Source of the DNA: an uncultured Pirellulales bacterium
GTDB taxonomy: Bacteria > Planctomycetota > Phycisphaerae > Sedimentisphaerales > SM23-30
Length of the DNA: 64,000 nt
Reading direction: 5' to 3'
NCBI GenBank assembly: GCA_964537505.1
Contig: CAZICK010000002.1
Coordinates: 5,975-69,974 of the forward strand
Notes under the pieces: model-generated
What the model was told of the DNA's origin: nothing
Databases searched by the model: none
What the model saw: the letters and a program-made list of their open reading frames with translations, nothing else
Part shown: one piece after another, positions 27,253 through 36,939 of the stretch
Layout: every line of letters starts with the position of its first letter
Numbering within the stretch: position 1 is the first letter of the stretch
Program-made: the position numbers and the translations under genes

Positions 27253-28832
27253 ATAAATACCGCTGTTACCAGTTCTCGTTGATCGCCGTGGCGGCATTGG
27301 CAGCCACTTTGCTGTATTACTTTTTATGCGATTCCAACTGGTCCGTCGATGGTGCAACTATGATTGATCGGCCTGCTCACATCCGCCCTGATTATACGGA
27401 CACTGTCATTCCGCCGAACATTGCGCCTTTGAACTTCGTAGTAAAAGAGCCCGGCAGGCGATATTATGTGAGGGTACACTCGACCCGAGGCTGCGATATC
27501 AACATACACAGCAAAAAGGCCTCTATAGTTATCCCTACAAAACCCTGGAAGCAATTGCTGCAAGACAACCAGGCGGATAAGTTGTATTTCGATGTTTATG
27601 TTGAGAACAATGATGGCGTGTGGAAGCGATTTGGCTCCATTACCAATAAGATTTCCCAGGTTGCTATAGACGACTATTTGGTTTATCGGCTCATCAAACC
27701 ACTATATTATAACTGGTTCGACGTAGGTATTTACCAACGGCATCTGCCAAGCTACGACGAGTCGGCCGTGCTTCGTGGTCAAAGTTTCGGGAAACAAAAT
27801 GAAGGAGGATGTGTCAACTGCCACTCCTTTTGTAATAATCGGGCAGATAAGATGACGATAGGCATCCGGGACAGTAATTATGGTGCTCCTACATTGCTGG
27901 CCCAAAACGGTAAGGTAACCAAGATCGCAACCAAGTTCGGTTATACCGCCTGGCACCCCACCGGTCGAATAGTAATATATTCACTAAACAAAGTGCGGCA
28001 GTTTTTTCACATGAAGGGCCTGGAGGTTCGGGATGTGCTTGATCTCGATTCTGCTTTGGCGTACTATGATCTCAAGTCGAAAACAGTCAAGGCGCCCCCA
28101 CAACTGATCGACAAATCTCGGCTGGAAACTTATCCGACATGGTCTCCGGACGGCTGTTATTTGTATTTTTGCAGTGCGCCGATGTTATGGTCCGATCGCG
28201 ATAAAGTGCCGCAAAAAGACTTTGAAAAAGTACGCTATGATCTCATGCGAGTCAGCTATGATATTGACACGGATAGCTGGGGCCAGCTTGAAACAGTTCT
28301 TACCGCCGAGGAAACGGGCAAAAGTATTATGCTGCCCCGAATCTCTCCGGACGGCCGATTCCTGATGTTTTGTATGTGCGATTACGGCTGTTTTCCCATT
28401 TATCAGCCCAGCAGCGACTTGTATATGATGGACCTTGAAGCCGCTCGACAAACGGGCAATTTTGCTTATCGTCGCCTGGAGGTCAATAGTGATCGGTGCG
28501 AGTCATGGCATTGTTGGTCGAGCAACGGACGATGGGTTGTTTTTAGCAGTAAAAGGCGTGGCGGAGTTTTCACACGCAGTTATATCAGCTACGTAGATGA
28601 GGATGGTGAGGTGTATAAACCCCTGCTACTGCCCCAAAAGGATCCCACTTTCTACGATTCGTTCCTCAAAACGTACAGTGTTCCTGAATTTGTCGTAGAA
28701 CCCGTTCAAACCAGGGAAAAAGACCTGGCCTACGCTGTGTGTTCACCCGCTCAAATCGAAGTAACCCTGCCGCTGACCGGCGCTACTCCGAAAGCCGGCC
28801 CTTCCGATACCTGGCAACAAGATCGGGAATAA
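27249..28832 (+). CDS. Cassette protein B4 (CxxCH / PD40 propeller)
   Basis: 527 aa with GGCVNCHSFCNN, TWSPDGCYLYF, RISPDGRFLMF, SSNGRWVVF. Confidence 0.85.
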   Translation: MNKYRCYQFSLIAVAALAATLLYYFLCDSNWSVDGATMIDRPAHIRPDYTDTVIPPNIAPLNFVVKEPGRRYYVRVHSTRGCDINIHSKKASIVIPTKPWKQLLQDNQADKLYFDVYVENNDGVWKRFGSITNKISQVAIDDYLVYRLIKPLYYNWFDVGIYQRHLPSYDESAVLRGQSFGKQNEGGCVNCHSFCNNRADKMTIGIRDSNYGAPTLLAQNGKVTKIATKFGYTAWHPTGRIVIYSLNKVRQFFHMKGLEVRDVLDLDSALAYYDLKSKTVKAPPQLIDKSRLETYPTWSPDGCYLYFCSAPMLWSDRDKVPQKDFEKVRYDLMRVSYDIDTDSWGQLETVLTAEETGKSIMLPRISPDGRFLMFCMCDYGCFPIYQPSSDLYMMDLEAARQTGNFAYRRLEVNSDRCESWHCWSSNGRWVVFSSKRRGGVFTRSYISYVDEDGEVYKPLLLPQKDPTFYDSFLKTYSVPEFVVEPVQTREKDLAYAVCSPAQIEVTLPLTGATPKAGPSDTWQQDRE

Positions 28833-29576
28833 CTATATGCCACGATCACTGTCGTCATCACCACCTTCGGTCTCTTCGGCTTCGTCGTCAATTTCTCCGG
28901 GAGTGATGGCTGTTGCTTCCAGGATACGGTTGATTTTTTTTCTTACCAGAGGCAGTAGTGGAACATGGGGGATTCTTCGCAGCTCCCTTCTGCCGGTAGA
29001 ATCAAAAATTACAAGATCACCGGCCATGCAAAGCAAAAGCTCAAAAAAGTCAGGATAACTGGAACGCACGCGTTTGGCGCCGCGGGCCAGAGAATCATCC
29101 ATTCTGCCGAACTGATAGTGCTCGAATTCGTTGTGTGTAATCCGCCATTTTGAATTCACCCGCGTCCATATCCACATGACCAGATAAAGAACCGAAAGCA
29201 CAATACTTATCATAGCTCCCAGATTTCTCGAATAGGACGGGTCGAGGTCGGCAAAGAAATCGTAGATATCAGAAAATATTCTGACTCTTTTTACGTCCCG
29301 AAGCCATATAACCAGAAACCAGATGCCGCCTATCAGCACCAGCCAAAAAAAAGTGTAGTTACGGCTCAGATCAAAGCCCACCGTCACCATAACCACCAGC
29401 AGTGTTATAGCCCAAATCCACGCCAGAGTTTCTGTGTCGGCCACGCTGTAATAGTCAAGAATCCACAAAAGAAAACCCATAAGTATAAGAGGCCAGCAAA
29501 ACAAAAACTTTGGATATGTATAGAAAACTACTTCGTGTCTTGCTTTTTGCCGCTGTTTGTCGGTTCGATTGGTCAT
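28833..29576 (-). CDS. Hypothetical membrane protein (4-5 TM helices, acidic C-terminal tail)
   Basis: 247-aa ORF. Its stop codon directly abuts the B4 stop (28832/28833). The cytoplasmic domain after the TM region could be bPH-like, but this is unverified. Confidence 0.55.
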   Translation of the reverse strand: MTNRTDKQRQKARHEVVFYTYPKFLFCWPLILMGFLLWILDYYSVADTETLAWIWAITLLVVMVTVGFDLSRNYTFFWLVLIGGIWFLVIWLRDVKRVRIFSDIYDFFADLDPSYSRNLGAMISIVLSVLYLVMWIWTRVNSKWRITHNEFEHYQFGRMDDSLARGAKRVRSSYPDFFELLLCMAGDLVIFDSTGRRELRRIPHVPLLPLVRKKINRILEATAITPGEIDDEAEETEGGDDDSDRGI

Positions 29577-29732
29577 AGCAGATTCTCCTGAACAATATGT
29601 TTAGTATGCCCAATGGGCATTAACCATAATTATTTGGACTGGGCCTTGTCGGATGGACCGCTTTTTGAGCCAGGCTCGTCCGGCAGATCGACCAGACTGA
29701 TCAGTATAACTATTCTCCGACAATTTGAGTTT

Positions 29733-30773
29733 TCAGGATGCGAACTCGATCAGGGCTTTGATCACACCATCGCTGTACTGAGCCACCATATCGAAGGCTT
29801 TTTGGGTCTGCTCGGGCGTAAACTTATGAGTTATCATAAAGTCAACATCAAGCTTCCCGGCAGCGATCATCTCAATCGCCTCTTGAACACAATTCCTTTG
29901 TCTTCTTACATTTATAACAGTAATTTCCTTACGGCGGAGTCTGTCGATAACAAACGAAATCCGCTCATCCCGGGGAATGCCGATCAGCATCAGTTTGCCT
30001 CCGGGTTTGAGCAACTCTACTGCCTGGTCGATGCTTTCTTGCTGACCGGCACACTCAAAAACCGCATCCATTCCTCGTGATTGCTGTTGGTTGATAGCTT
30101 CAACAACATCCTGACGGTCGGGATTACCTGCCCAGGTACATTGAGCCTTACGCGCAGCCTCGACCCTGGCGTCAATCTTGTCAGTCACGTAAATCTCGTT
30201 AACTCCTTCACTATAAGCAGTTACAAGCACACTTAGCCCTATGGGACCCGCCCCGAGAATCGCGATAGCAGCCTTGGGTGGCAATTGGGCTTGCCTAACC
30301 GCATATACACCGATCGATAGCGGTTCGCACAAAACGGCCTGATCGAGTGTGATCTTACTTTCGAGCCGATAGAGGCTGGTTTGGTCCATGACGATATATT
30401 CACACAGACAGCCCTCGGCCTGATCAGGACAACCTAAGAATCTGAGGTTACGACAGGTGTTTTCCCGGTCCGCCAGGCACTGATCGCAACGATGACATAC
30501 CATCGCGGGGTCAACGGCAACTTGATCGCCGACCTTAACACGCTTAACACAACTGCCTATATCAACTACAGTTGCGGCGCATTCATGGCCGAGTTTGAAT
30601 GGAAACTCGACAACCTGATCGCCGATTCGACCTGTTTCCCAGTAGTGTACATCGGAACCGCACACGCCCACCTTCTCGATCTTCAGCAGAACATCGGTTT
30701 CGCCGGCAATAGCTGGATGGGGAACATTCTGCAATTCCATTTTTCTGATATCTGTCAAAACAATAGCTTGCAT
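29733..30773 (-). CDS. Zinc-dependent alcohol/polyol dehydrogenase (MDR family, sorbitol/threonine-dehydrogenase-like)
   Basis: VCGSDVHYW, GHECAATV, CHRCDQCLADRENTC (structural Zn), ILGAGPIG. Start set at MQAIVL. The ORF is open to 30842. Confidence 0.8.
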   Translation of the reverse strand: MQAIVLTDIRKMELQNVPHPAIAGETDVLLKIEKVGVCGSDVHYWETGRIGDQVVEFPFKLGHECAATVVDIGSCVKRVKVGDQVAVDPAMVCHRCDQCLADRENTCRNLRFLGCPDQAEGCLCEYIVMDQTSLYRLESKITLDQAVLCEPLSIGVYAVRQAQLPPKAAIAILGAGPIGLSVLVTAYSEGVNEIYVTDKIDARVEAARKAQCTWAGNPDRQDVVEAINQQQSRGMDAVFECAGQQESIDQAVELLKPGGKLMLIGIPRDERISFVIDRLRRKEITVINVRRQRNCVQEAIEMIAAGKLDVDFMITHKFTPEQTQKAFDMVAQYSDGVIKALIEFAS

Positions 30774-31068
30774 TTTATGCTGCTCCAGCAGGAGTTTATA
30801 TAGTGTGCTCTTAGTACCGAACATACCGTAACATATTATCATTTAAGTAATTATGATCGGCGTGGCGGGCCGATCCCACTTGTAATAAGTATATTCAACT
30901 GCGAACAACAATCAAGAAACTTCTAGTACACTTAATGTCACCCTCGCGCAGGCGCTTTTGACGAAGAAACTGTTTTTTTGTTTTGACAACGCCCCGGATA
31001 TCTCGGTAAACTTACAGTCAGTCGTAGTTTTTTGTCAATCTTTCTAACTAACTAAAGGAGTCTGAACC

Positions 31069-31563
31069 ATGAGATATTTAACATTGTTTATTGTTGGTAT
31101 GGGATTGTTGGTTGCCTGTGGATGCCAAAACAAAGAATTGTTGCAGTGCCAGGACCAGTTGACAAAGGTTCAACAGGAAAGGGCCAATGAAAAGGAAACG
31201 TCTGAGAGTTTATTCGAGAGTATCTTGGCCAAGAGCAAAGAAGATATGGACAAGATAAAGAACCTGGAAGCCAAAGTGACAGATTTAGAGGCAGAAAAAA
31301 CCGAATTGGATCGGTTGCTAAAAGAAACCCGGACCAAGATGGACAAAGTTTCGACAAACCTTATTCAGGAAAAGGTACAACTGAAAAATGAGATTGAAAA
31401 GCTCACAAAAGAGCTGGCAGCGACAAAGAAGATATTTGAAAATTCCAGTAAAATAGCACTAGGACTGGAAGAGGAGAACAACAAACTGCGAGCCAAGATT
31501 AGCGAGCTTGAAAAAGAAAAACAGGTGCCAACCGCCACCGAAACACCATCTGAAGACAAATAA
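31069..31563 (+). CDS. Coiled-coil lipoprotein (hypothetical)
   Basis: Lipobox LLVACGC and an aggag RBS, then heptad-rich K/E sequence. The N-terminus is paralogous to 35389-35637. Confidence 0.65.
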   Translation: MRYLTLFIVGMGLLVACGCQNKELLQCQDQLTKVQQERANEKETSESLFESILAKSKEDMDKIKNLEAKVTDLEAEKTELDRLLKETRTKMDKVSTNLIQEKVQLKNEIEKLTKELAATKKIFENSSKIALGLEEENNKLRAKISELEKEKQVPTATETPSEDK

Positions 31564-31980
31564 AACGCTCAGTTTGGGTTTTATGCTCATAACGATTGAG
31601 TTTCCCTGTTTTTTTTATTATGTATTTACTTATCCTGAAAGCCGTTATAGTTGGCCCTGCCAGGAATTATCATACCCATTGGGTAAACTTTCCAACTGGG
31701 ATTGGTTAGCCAATCCCAGTTGGAAGTTGGCATCAAATTTCAGTCGGGACTCAATGGTTGATTTGCGCGAGATTCTTCCGGTAAGGGCGATTTTTTTTGG
31801 GTCATTTTTGATATAATCAAGTGGCTTAATATGTCCGATACCCACCGTATAGGCATTAGCTGTGTTTTGTCTTACAATTGTTTTTTCGGCAAGCGTAACG
31901 CGTAACATGTTGCGGTATAAGTGGTTACGGTAAACGGCGATTTTGGCACGGTTTTCTATAGCAAAGGAAGGCGAGAGGAT

Positions 31981-34900
31981 ATGAGGAGGATTGCGTGTTT
32001 ATTTGTGTTTTTTACCGGCCTGACATATCTGGTTCGTGGGGCCGATGCGGATATATGGCAGGTCCACCAAGGTCAAGACACTATTCAACAGACGATAGAA
32101 GTTGCCGCCGATGGCGACGTAATCATTGTCAATCCAGGCACTTATAGCGAAAATATCAATTTCCTTGGCAAAGAAATTACCCTCACCTCTACCAATCCGG
32201 ACGATCCTAATATTGTTCGAGCTACCGTAATTGATGGCAGCCTTACCGGCGACCCCAATAATGGTTCTGTTGTGACATTTAACAGTGGTGAGAATAATTC
32301 TTCTGTATTGACAGGATTCACCATCACCGGAGGTATTGGCACTTGGCTGGTGATTGCCTGGGAGCTTCATGAGCCTTATTGGAACCTTTGTGGCGGCGGG
32401 GTGGTTTGCTATAATATGTCACAGCCCACCATCTCCAGGAATATTATCCGGGATAATACCGCCGGCGAAGGTGGTGGGGTGTATGTCTATGGTGATCCGG
32501 TAAATATAAACGCCCCCAGTAACCCGCCAGTCCACATAACCCCGGTTATTGCGGATAACACTTTTTTGAATAATTCTGCCATAAAAGTTCACGGATATCC
32601 CCCCCCAGACAACGATTATCCTGCCGCCGAGCATGGCGACGGCGGTGCGATCGTATGTTTTCAGGGTGTTGATGCTGCTATTACCGGCAATACTATCCAG
32701 AATAATCATGCCGACTTTTACGGCGGCGGGTTGCACCTGCGTCAGTGGAGCAATGGCGAAATATCAAACAATCAGATAATCAGCAATGATTCTGCGCTTG
32801 GCGCAGGTGTGCATATAACATACATGTCCAGCCCAACCATCCGAAGAAACACTATCCAAGGCAACTCAGCCGGCAACTTCGGAGGTGGCGGTATATTTGT
32901 ATATTACAATTCAAACCCACTAATTGAACGCAATCGTGTGCGAGCAAATTCTTCCCTGACAGGAGCAGGAATTTCCATTAATTATGGTAGTGCCGGAATA
33001 GTCCGAAATAATCTGATCGATCAAAATTTATTAGGCTCAGCGATTCAACTTGCCGGATCTTCACCGTGGATTAATCATAATACGATTGTTTACAATGTGG
33101 CTAAAAAAGGCACGTCAAGATACGCAGGTATCGAATTTATTGGCAATTCTTTTCCTTTAGTGGAAAATAACATTATTGCTTTTACCAGTTCCGGATATGG
33201 TTTGTATGTAAGTGGAAATGCTATTCCTGTCATGCGTTATAACAACCTTTGGGAAAATGAATTGGGCCATTACGGACCCGGGTTAACGGACCAAACCGGA
33301 ACAGCGGGAAATATTTCTGTCGATCCCGATTTGATTTGCGATGTGGACAAATGTTTACGATTACATTATCTGTCACCTTGCGTAAATACCGGCGATCCCA
33401 ATTATACATCAGGTGGAACGGTGGATTTTGACGGTGATCCGCGTGTCGTGCTCAGCCGCACAGATATTGGTGCGGATGAAGTCTTACCCGTGTGGAATAT
33501 CGCTTCCGGGCAACAATATCTGACGATTCAAGCGGGGATTGACCAGGCCGATACCGGCGATATTTTAGTAGTTCTGCCCGGTCGATACGCGGAAACCATA
33601 AACTTTAATGGCCGGGTCATTACCTTGCAATCTACTATGCCGTCAGACTGGACAACAATAAGCCAGACGATAATCGATGCGGAAGGTTCGGACAACCCGG
33701 TGGTGAGCTTTTCCGGGACGGAAGACCCTAATTGTCAATTAAAGGGCTTTACCATTACCGGCGCAGGTCACAATGGCAATGGTGGCGGTGTATATGGGCA
33801 AGGAACACAAGCGTCTATTACCAACTGCATAATCACGAATAATTACGCTTCCAATGGGGCGGGTATATATGATTTTGATGGCTTTATTTATAAATGCCAA
33901 ATCCTCACTAACAACGCCCAGTTTGATGGTGGTGGGATTGGTTTGGGTGATGGAGCGATTTTCAGTTGCGTCATTGCCCACAATCAGGCTGACCAGGGAG
34001 GGGGTTTGCACGCATATACCGGGGACATGGTGAACAATACCATAGTCGATAATACTGCTGTTAGTAGTGGTGGAGGGGCGCAGGATTGTGTCGGGAGTAT
34101 AACTAATTGTATTTTCTGGGGTAATTCGGCGCCTGATGGTTCTGACTTAAAAAACTGTTATACGCCCCAATACTCCTGTGTGCAGCAAGGCACTGGCGGC
34201 AATGGCAGTATTGATGATGATCCGTTTTTTGTGGACCCCGATCATGGAGATTATCATCTTACCCTTTTTTCGCCCTGTGTCGATTTAGGCAATAACAGTG
34301 CCGTCCCGGCTGCCGCGGCAACCGACCTTGACGACCAGCAGCGAATATTCGCCTTTGACCCGGGCAAGCCACCCATCGTGGACATGGGAGCCGACGAGGT
34401 AGTCACCAATCCTGTGGATGTAAACATGGATGCCTGGGTGGATATTTACGAGATGACCTTATTGACCGAACAGTGGCTCATGCAGGGCGAAAATCTCCTC
34501 GCAGACTTTTTCCCCGACGACATGGTCGATATGAAGGATTTTTCAGCCCTGGCAAGTCAATGGCTCTGGCAGGGCTATTGGTATAAACCACCTGCCGGCG
34601 CATTAGAATTCGATCATGATTCGGATGGTTACGTTTGGATTCATACTCCCGAAGGGAACATCTTAAACAATGTTTACACTTTCACCTATACCGCGTGGAT
34701 ATATCCATTAAGTTTTTCTTCCGGCAATGCCCGGATAATTGGCAAAAACGAAAGGGCCCTCACGATATCCTATGGCGGTACACTTTTTGGTTATTCCAAT
34801 GGTTTTTATACAGCGGCCAGCCATTCCCAACCAGGCACGTTAGAGACAAATAAATGGTACTTCGTGGCCATGACCCGTGATGCTTACGGTGATAGTAAAA

Positions 34901-35280
34901 TACGCTTTTACGTAGATGGTAATGAGGCTATTTACCAAACTCAATTAGTTTCGACCCAAATGACCCATCCTCACCCGGACTGGCGAGCTGAAGGCCAGTG
35001 GGATCTTATGATCGGTTCGCAAGCATGGACCCCAGGGAATGATATACCTGACGCGATTATCGATGAAGTGGCCATATTTGATCGCGTCTTAAGCATAGAT
35101 GATATAAAATACCTTTATAACATTGGTTATGGACGATCTGTACCGTTATCGATGTATCCGATAGGACTGTGGCATCTCGACGAGGGTTCCAATTCTACCG
35201 CAATAGACAGTTCCGGCCACGGCAACCACGGGGCTTTGATAGGCGCCCAGCCCCCTCAATGGGGCACTGGAAAGTTCTAG
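31981..35280 (+). CDS. Giant secreted right-handed beta-helix repeat protein with dockerin-like segment and C-terminal LamG (concanavalin-like) domain
   Basis: Start at ATG 31981 (MRRIACLFVFF signal). Repeated SPTI..N.I..N.A...GGG beta-helix units in two blocks. LamG-like FTYTAWIYP...WYFVAMTRD...IDEVAIFDRVLS. Confidence 0.8.
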   Translation: MRRIACLFVFFTGLTYLVRGADADIWQVHQGQDTIQQTIEVAADGDVIIVNPGTYSENINFLGKEITLTSTNPDDPNIVRATVIDGSLTGDPNNGSVVTFNSGENNSSVLTGFTITGGIGTWLVIAWELHEPYWNLCGGGVVCYNMSQPTISRNIIRDNTAGEGGGVYVYGDPVNINAPSNPPVHITPVIADNTFLNNSAIKVHGYPPPDNDYPAAEHGDGGAIVCFQGVDAAITGNTIQNNHADFYGGGLHLRQWSNGEISNNQIISNDSALGAGVHITYMSSPTIRRNTIQGNSAGNFGGGGIFVYYNSNPLIERNRVRANSSLTGAGISINYGSAGIVRNNLIDQNLLGSAIQLAGSSPWINHNTIVYNVAKKGTSRYAGIEFIGNSFPLVENNIIAFTSSGYGLYVSGNAIPVMRYNNLWENELGHYGPGLTDQTGTAGNISVDPDLICDVDKCLRLHYLSPCVNTGDPNYTSGGTVDFDGDPRVVLSRTDIGADEVLPVWNIASGQQYLTIQAGIDQADTGDILVVLPGRYAETINFNGRVITLQSTMPSDWTTISQTIIDAEGSDNPVVSFSGTEDPNCQLKGFTITGAGHNGNGGGVYGQGTQASITNCIITNNYASNGAGIYDFDGFIYKCQILTNNAQFDGGGIGLGDGAIFSCVIAHNQADQGGGLHAYTGDMVNNTIVDNTAVSSGGGAQDCVGSITNCIFWGNSAPDGSDLKNCYTPQYSCVQQGTGGNGSIDDDPFFVDPDHGDYHLTLFSPCVDLGNNSAVPAAAATDLDDQQRIFAFDPGKPPIVDMGADEVVTNPVDVNMDAWVDIYEMTLLTEQWLMQGENLLADFFPDDMVDMKDFSALASQWLWQGYWYKPPAGALEFDHDSDGYVWIHTPEGNILNNVYTFTYTAWIYPLSFSSGNARIIGKNERALTISYGGTLFGYSNGFYTAASHSQPGTLETNKWYFVAMTRDAYGDSKIRFYVDGNEAIYQTQLVSTQMTHPHPDWRAEGQWDLMIGSQAWTPGNDIPDAIIDEVAIFDRVLSIDDIKYLYNIGYGRSVPLSMYPIGLWHLDEGSNSTAIDSSGHGNHGALIGAQPPQWGTGKF

Positions 35281-35388
35281 CGGCCTGTTTATCCTTTCGT
35301 TTTGGTGGTTGACGAACCGATTTAAGGATATTACACTGCCGGTTTGGGATGATGGTATTTCAAAGTAAAGTCCAATGGAGTCTCTCTT

Positions 35389-35637
35389 ATGAACGCATTC
35401 AAATTACTTATTGTAGCAATTGGGATGTTGGTTTTGATTGGCTGTCAGACCACAGGTGAGCTTGACGATTGCCTCAGCAAAAACCAGGAATTAACCAGCC
35501 AAATCGAAAAACTTCAGCTTGATTTGCAGGCTAAAGATGTGGAGCGCCAAGAGATGTTAGGGTTCATCAGCAGCTTACTGAAAACCATCGAAGAGGCAAA
35601 GTTAAACCCTTCCGATAGTCTTAAAGGTTCCAAATAG
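35389..35637 (+). CDS. Short coiled-coil lipoprotein (paralog of 31069 N-terminus)
   Basis: Lipobox LVLIGCQ, 82 aa. Confidence 0.55.
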   Translation: MNAFKLLIVAIGMLVLIGCQTTGELDDCLSKNQELTSQIEKLQLDLQAKDVERQEMLGFISSLLKTIEEAKLNPSDSLKGSK

Positions 35638-35649
35638 GGCAATTAGTCA

Positions 35650-35854
35650 GGATGCGGTTAAAAAGATTTCTGGCAATCACAGAGGACAGAAAAATCTGCC
35701 ATCTGACTTCCGCCTTTTGACCTTTGACTTCTGCCATCTGAGACAGGTGGTTTTACAAAAAAAAGCGAGGCAAGTCATTACAACTTACCTCGCTTATCTT
35801 TTTGTCAGCTTGCCTTAATTAAAGACAAACCAAACTTTCGGTCATCAAACCAAA
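35650..35854 (-). repeat. 205-bp 3' flank repeat, copy 1 (near-identical to 36940-37144)
   Basis: Both copies read ggatgcggttaaaaagatttctggcaatcacagaggacagaaaaatctgccatctgacttccgcc...ttaattaaagacaaaccaaac. Confidence 0.85.
35757..35793 (-). terminator. Intrinsic terminator of PEP-CTERM gene 1
   Basis: The minus strand reads gcgaggtaagt-tgtaatga-cttgcctcgc followed by T8. Confidence 0.65.
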
Positions 35855-36535
35855 TTAGGCGCGACGACGACGAAGCAGAGCCAGGCCGCCAAGACCAAGC
35901 AGACTCATAGTCATCGGTTCAGGAACGTGAACAATTATACTATCCATTACCGTTCCTGGTAGAATGATAGGTTGCGAGCCAGTAAGAATACCAACCTCAT
36001 CATCATATAACAACTTTGATATACCATAAGGTGCAACCAATTCAATTGTTATATCGGTCATTGTCAGACAATGGAAGTCCAGGCCATCCATCAGTACTGG
36101 ATAGCTCAATGCCGGTACCGCAGGAATAATCGGCGGGAAACCGGCATAAGGTTCGGCGTTATTGGTCGAATTCCAACTAAGACTTCCACCAGACATCATG
36201 TATTCCGTGGGAGTATCCTTCACTGTCATATATGTGATCCCCGTCGGAGAGTCATCCTGTAGAGTCCACATCCCGAAGGTGTACGTCTTCATAGTCGCAA
36301 GCGGGAACACTACTCCACTACCATCCAGAGCGCCTTGATTATTGCTCAACCTGATGGCAAAGTCACCGCCATTGAACACAGTACCCGGCTCTATATGGAT
36401 GTCCAGTGTTATGTGCTGAGATGGCTCTATTTCAATCACATCCGGCGCCGGCTGTCCATAAACACTCAGTATGAAACCAGCCTGTGCCATCGAAACCATG
36501 CCTAAAACCAATAAAAACACCAACAACTTCTTCAT
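35855..36535 (-). CDS. PEP-CTERM sorting-domain secreted protein
   Basis: Signal peptide MKKLLVFLLVLGMVSMAQA. C-terminus VPEPMTMSLLGLGGLALLRRRRA gives the PEP motif, a TM helix and an Arg cluster. Confidence 0.85.
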   Translation of the reverse strand: MKKLLVFLLVLGMVSMAQAGFILSVYGQPAPDVIEIEPSQHITLDIHIEPGTVFNGGDFAIRLSNNQGALDGSGVVFPLATMKTYTFGMWTLQDDSPTGITYMTVKDTPTEYMMSGGSLSWNSTNNAEPYAGFPPIIPAVPALSYPVLMDGLDFHCLTMTDITIELVAPYGISKLLYDDEVGILTGSQPIILPGTVMDSIIVHVPEPMTMSLLGLGGLALLRRRRA

Positions 36536-36550
36536 AATAATCACTTCCTC

Positions 36551-36715
36551 CCGCGGGAAATCCCGCAAACGAAACCCACACATTCAAAAAAACGTGTGTC
36601 AAAATAAACCACAAGAACTCCTTTACATCCCTATCATAGTTGAAACATACGACCCGTGTCAACCCTTTTTTTTGATTTTTTGCAAAAAAAACACACTTTT
36701 CCTCAAAAAACGGGT
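36551..36715 (-). promoter_or_regulatory. Conserved promoter+leader, copy 1 (TTGACA-18-TATGAT at 36662-36633, ~95-nt leader)
   Basis: About 165 bp collinear with 39048-39212. The leader contains cacac...gtgtg and gcggg-attt-cccgc hairpins just before the RBS ggaggaag. Confidence 0.5.
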
Positions 36716-36939
36716 AATCTTAAACGTTCCAAAGGGGACAATTAGCCCGCATATTTCATACCCCTTGGCGAAATGTGACCTAACTTTTTGTTAATAAAGA
36801 AATTACACATATAACCCAAAATTACACCCTGTAAATTACCACAAAATCACAAAAACACCATAACATTTTTAATATAAAGCAGTTACATTCTCCAAGACCT
36901 CTGTGCCCTTGTGACTATGAAATATTCGGGGGTTAGCCC

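Noticed and set aside
13885-28832. Possibility that the repeated region is a CRISPR array or a diversity-generating retroelement target
   Set aside because: The repeat units are whole ~3.5-kb gene pairs, not 25-40-bp repeats with spacers. No reverse transcriptase or template repeat is present, and the differences are not adenine-specific.
31645-31908. 87-aa minus-strand ORF between the lipoprotein gene and the beta-helix gene
   Set aside because: No RBS or signal peptide and no recognisable family. It could be a gene fragment, but I cannot support calling it.
36536-36800. Sigma-54 promoter upstream of PEP-CTERM genes
   Set aside because: The closest candidate (tggaacgtttaagatt) lacks the -12 GC element at the right spacing. 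The other TGGCAC strings I noticed in the window (the cassette B genes, kbl, ispG) fall inside coding sequence.
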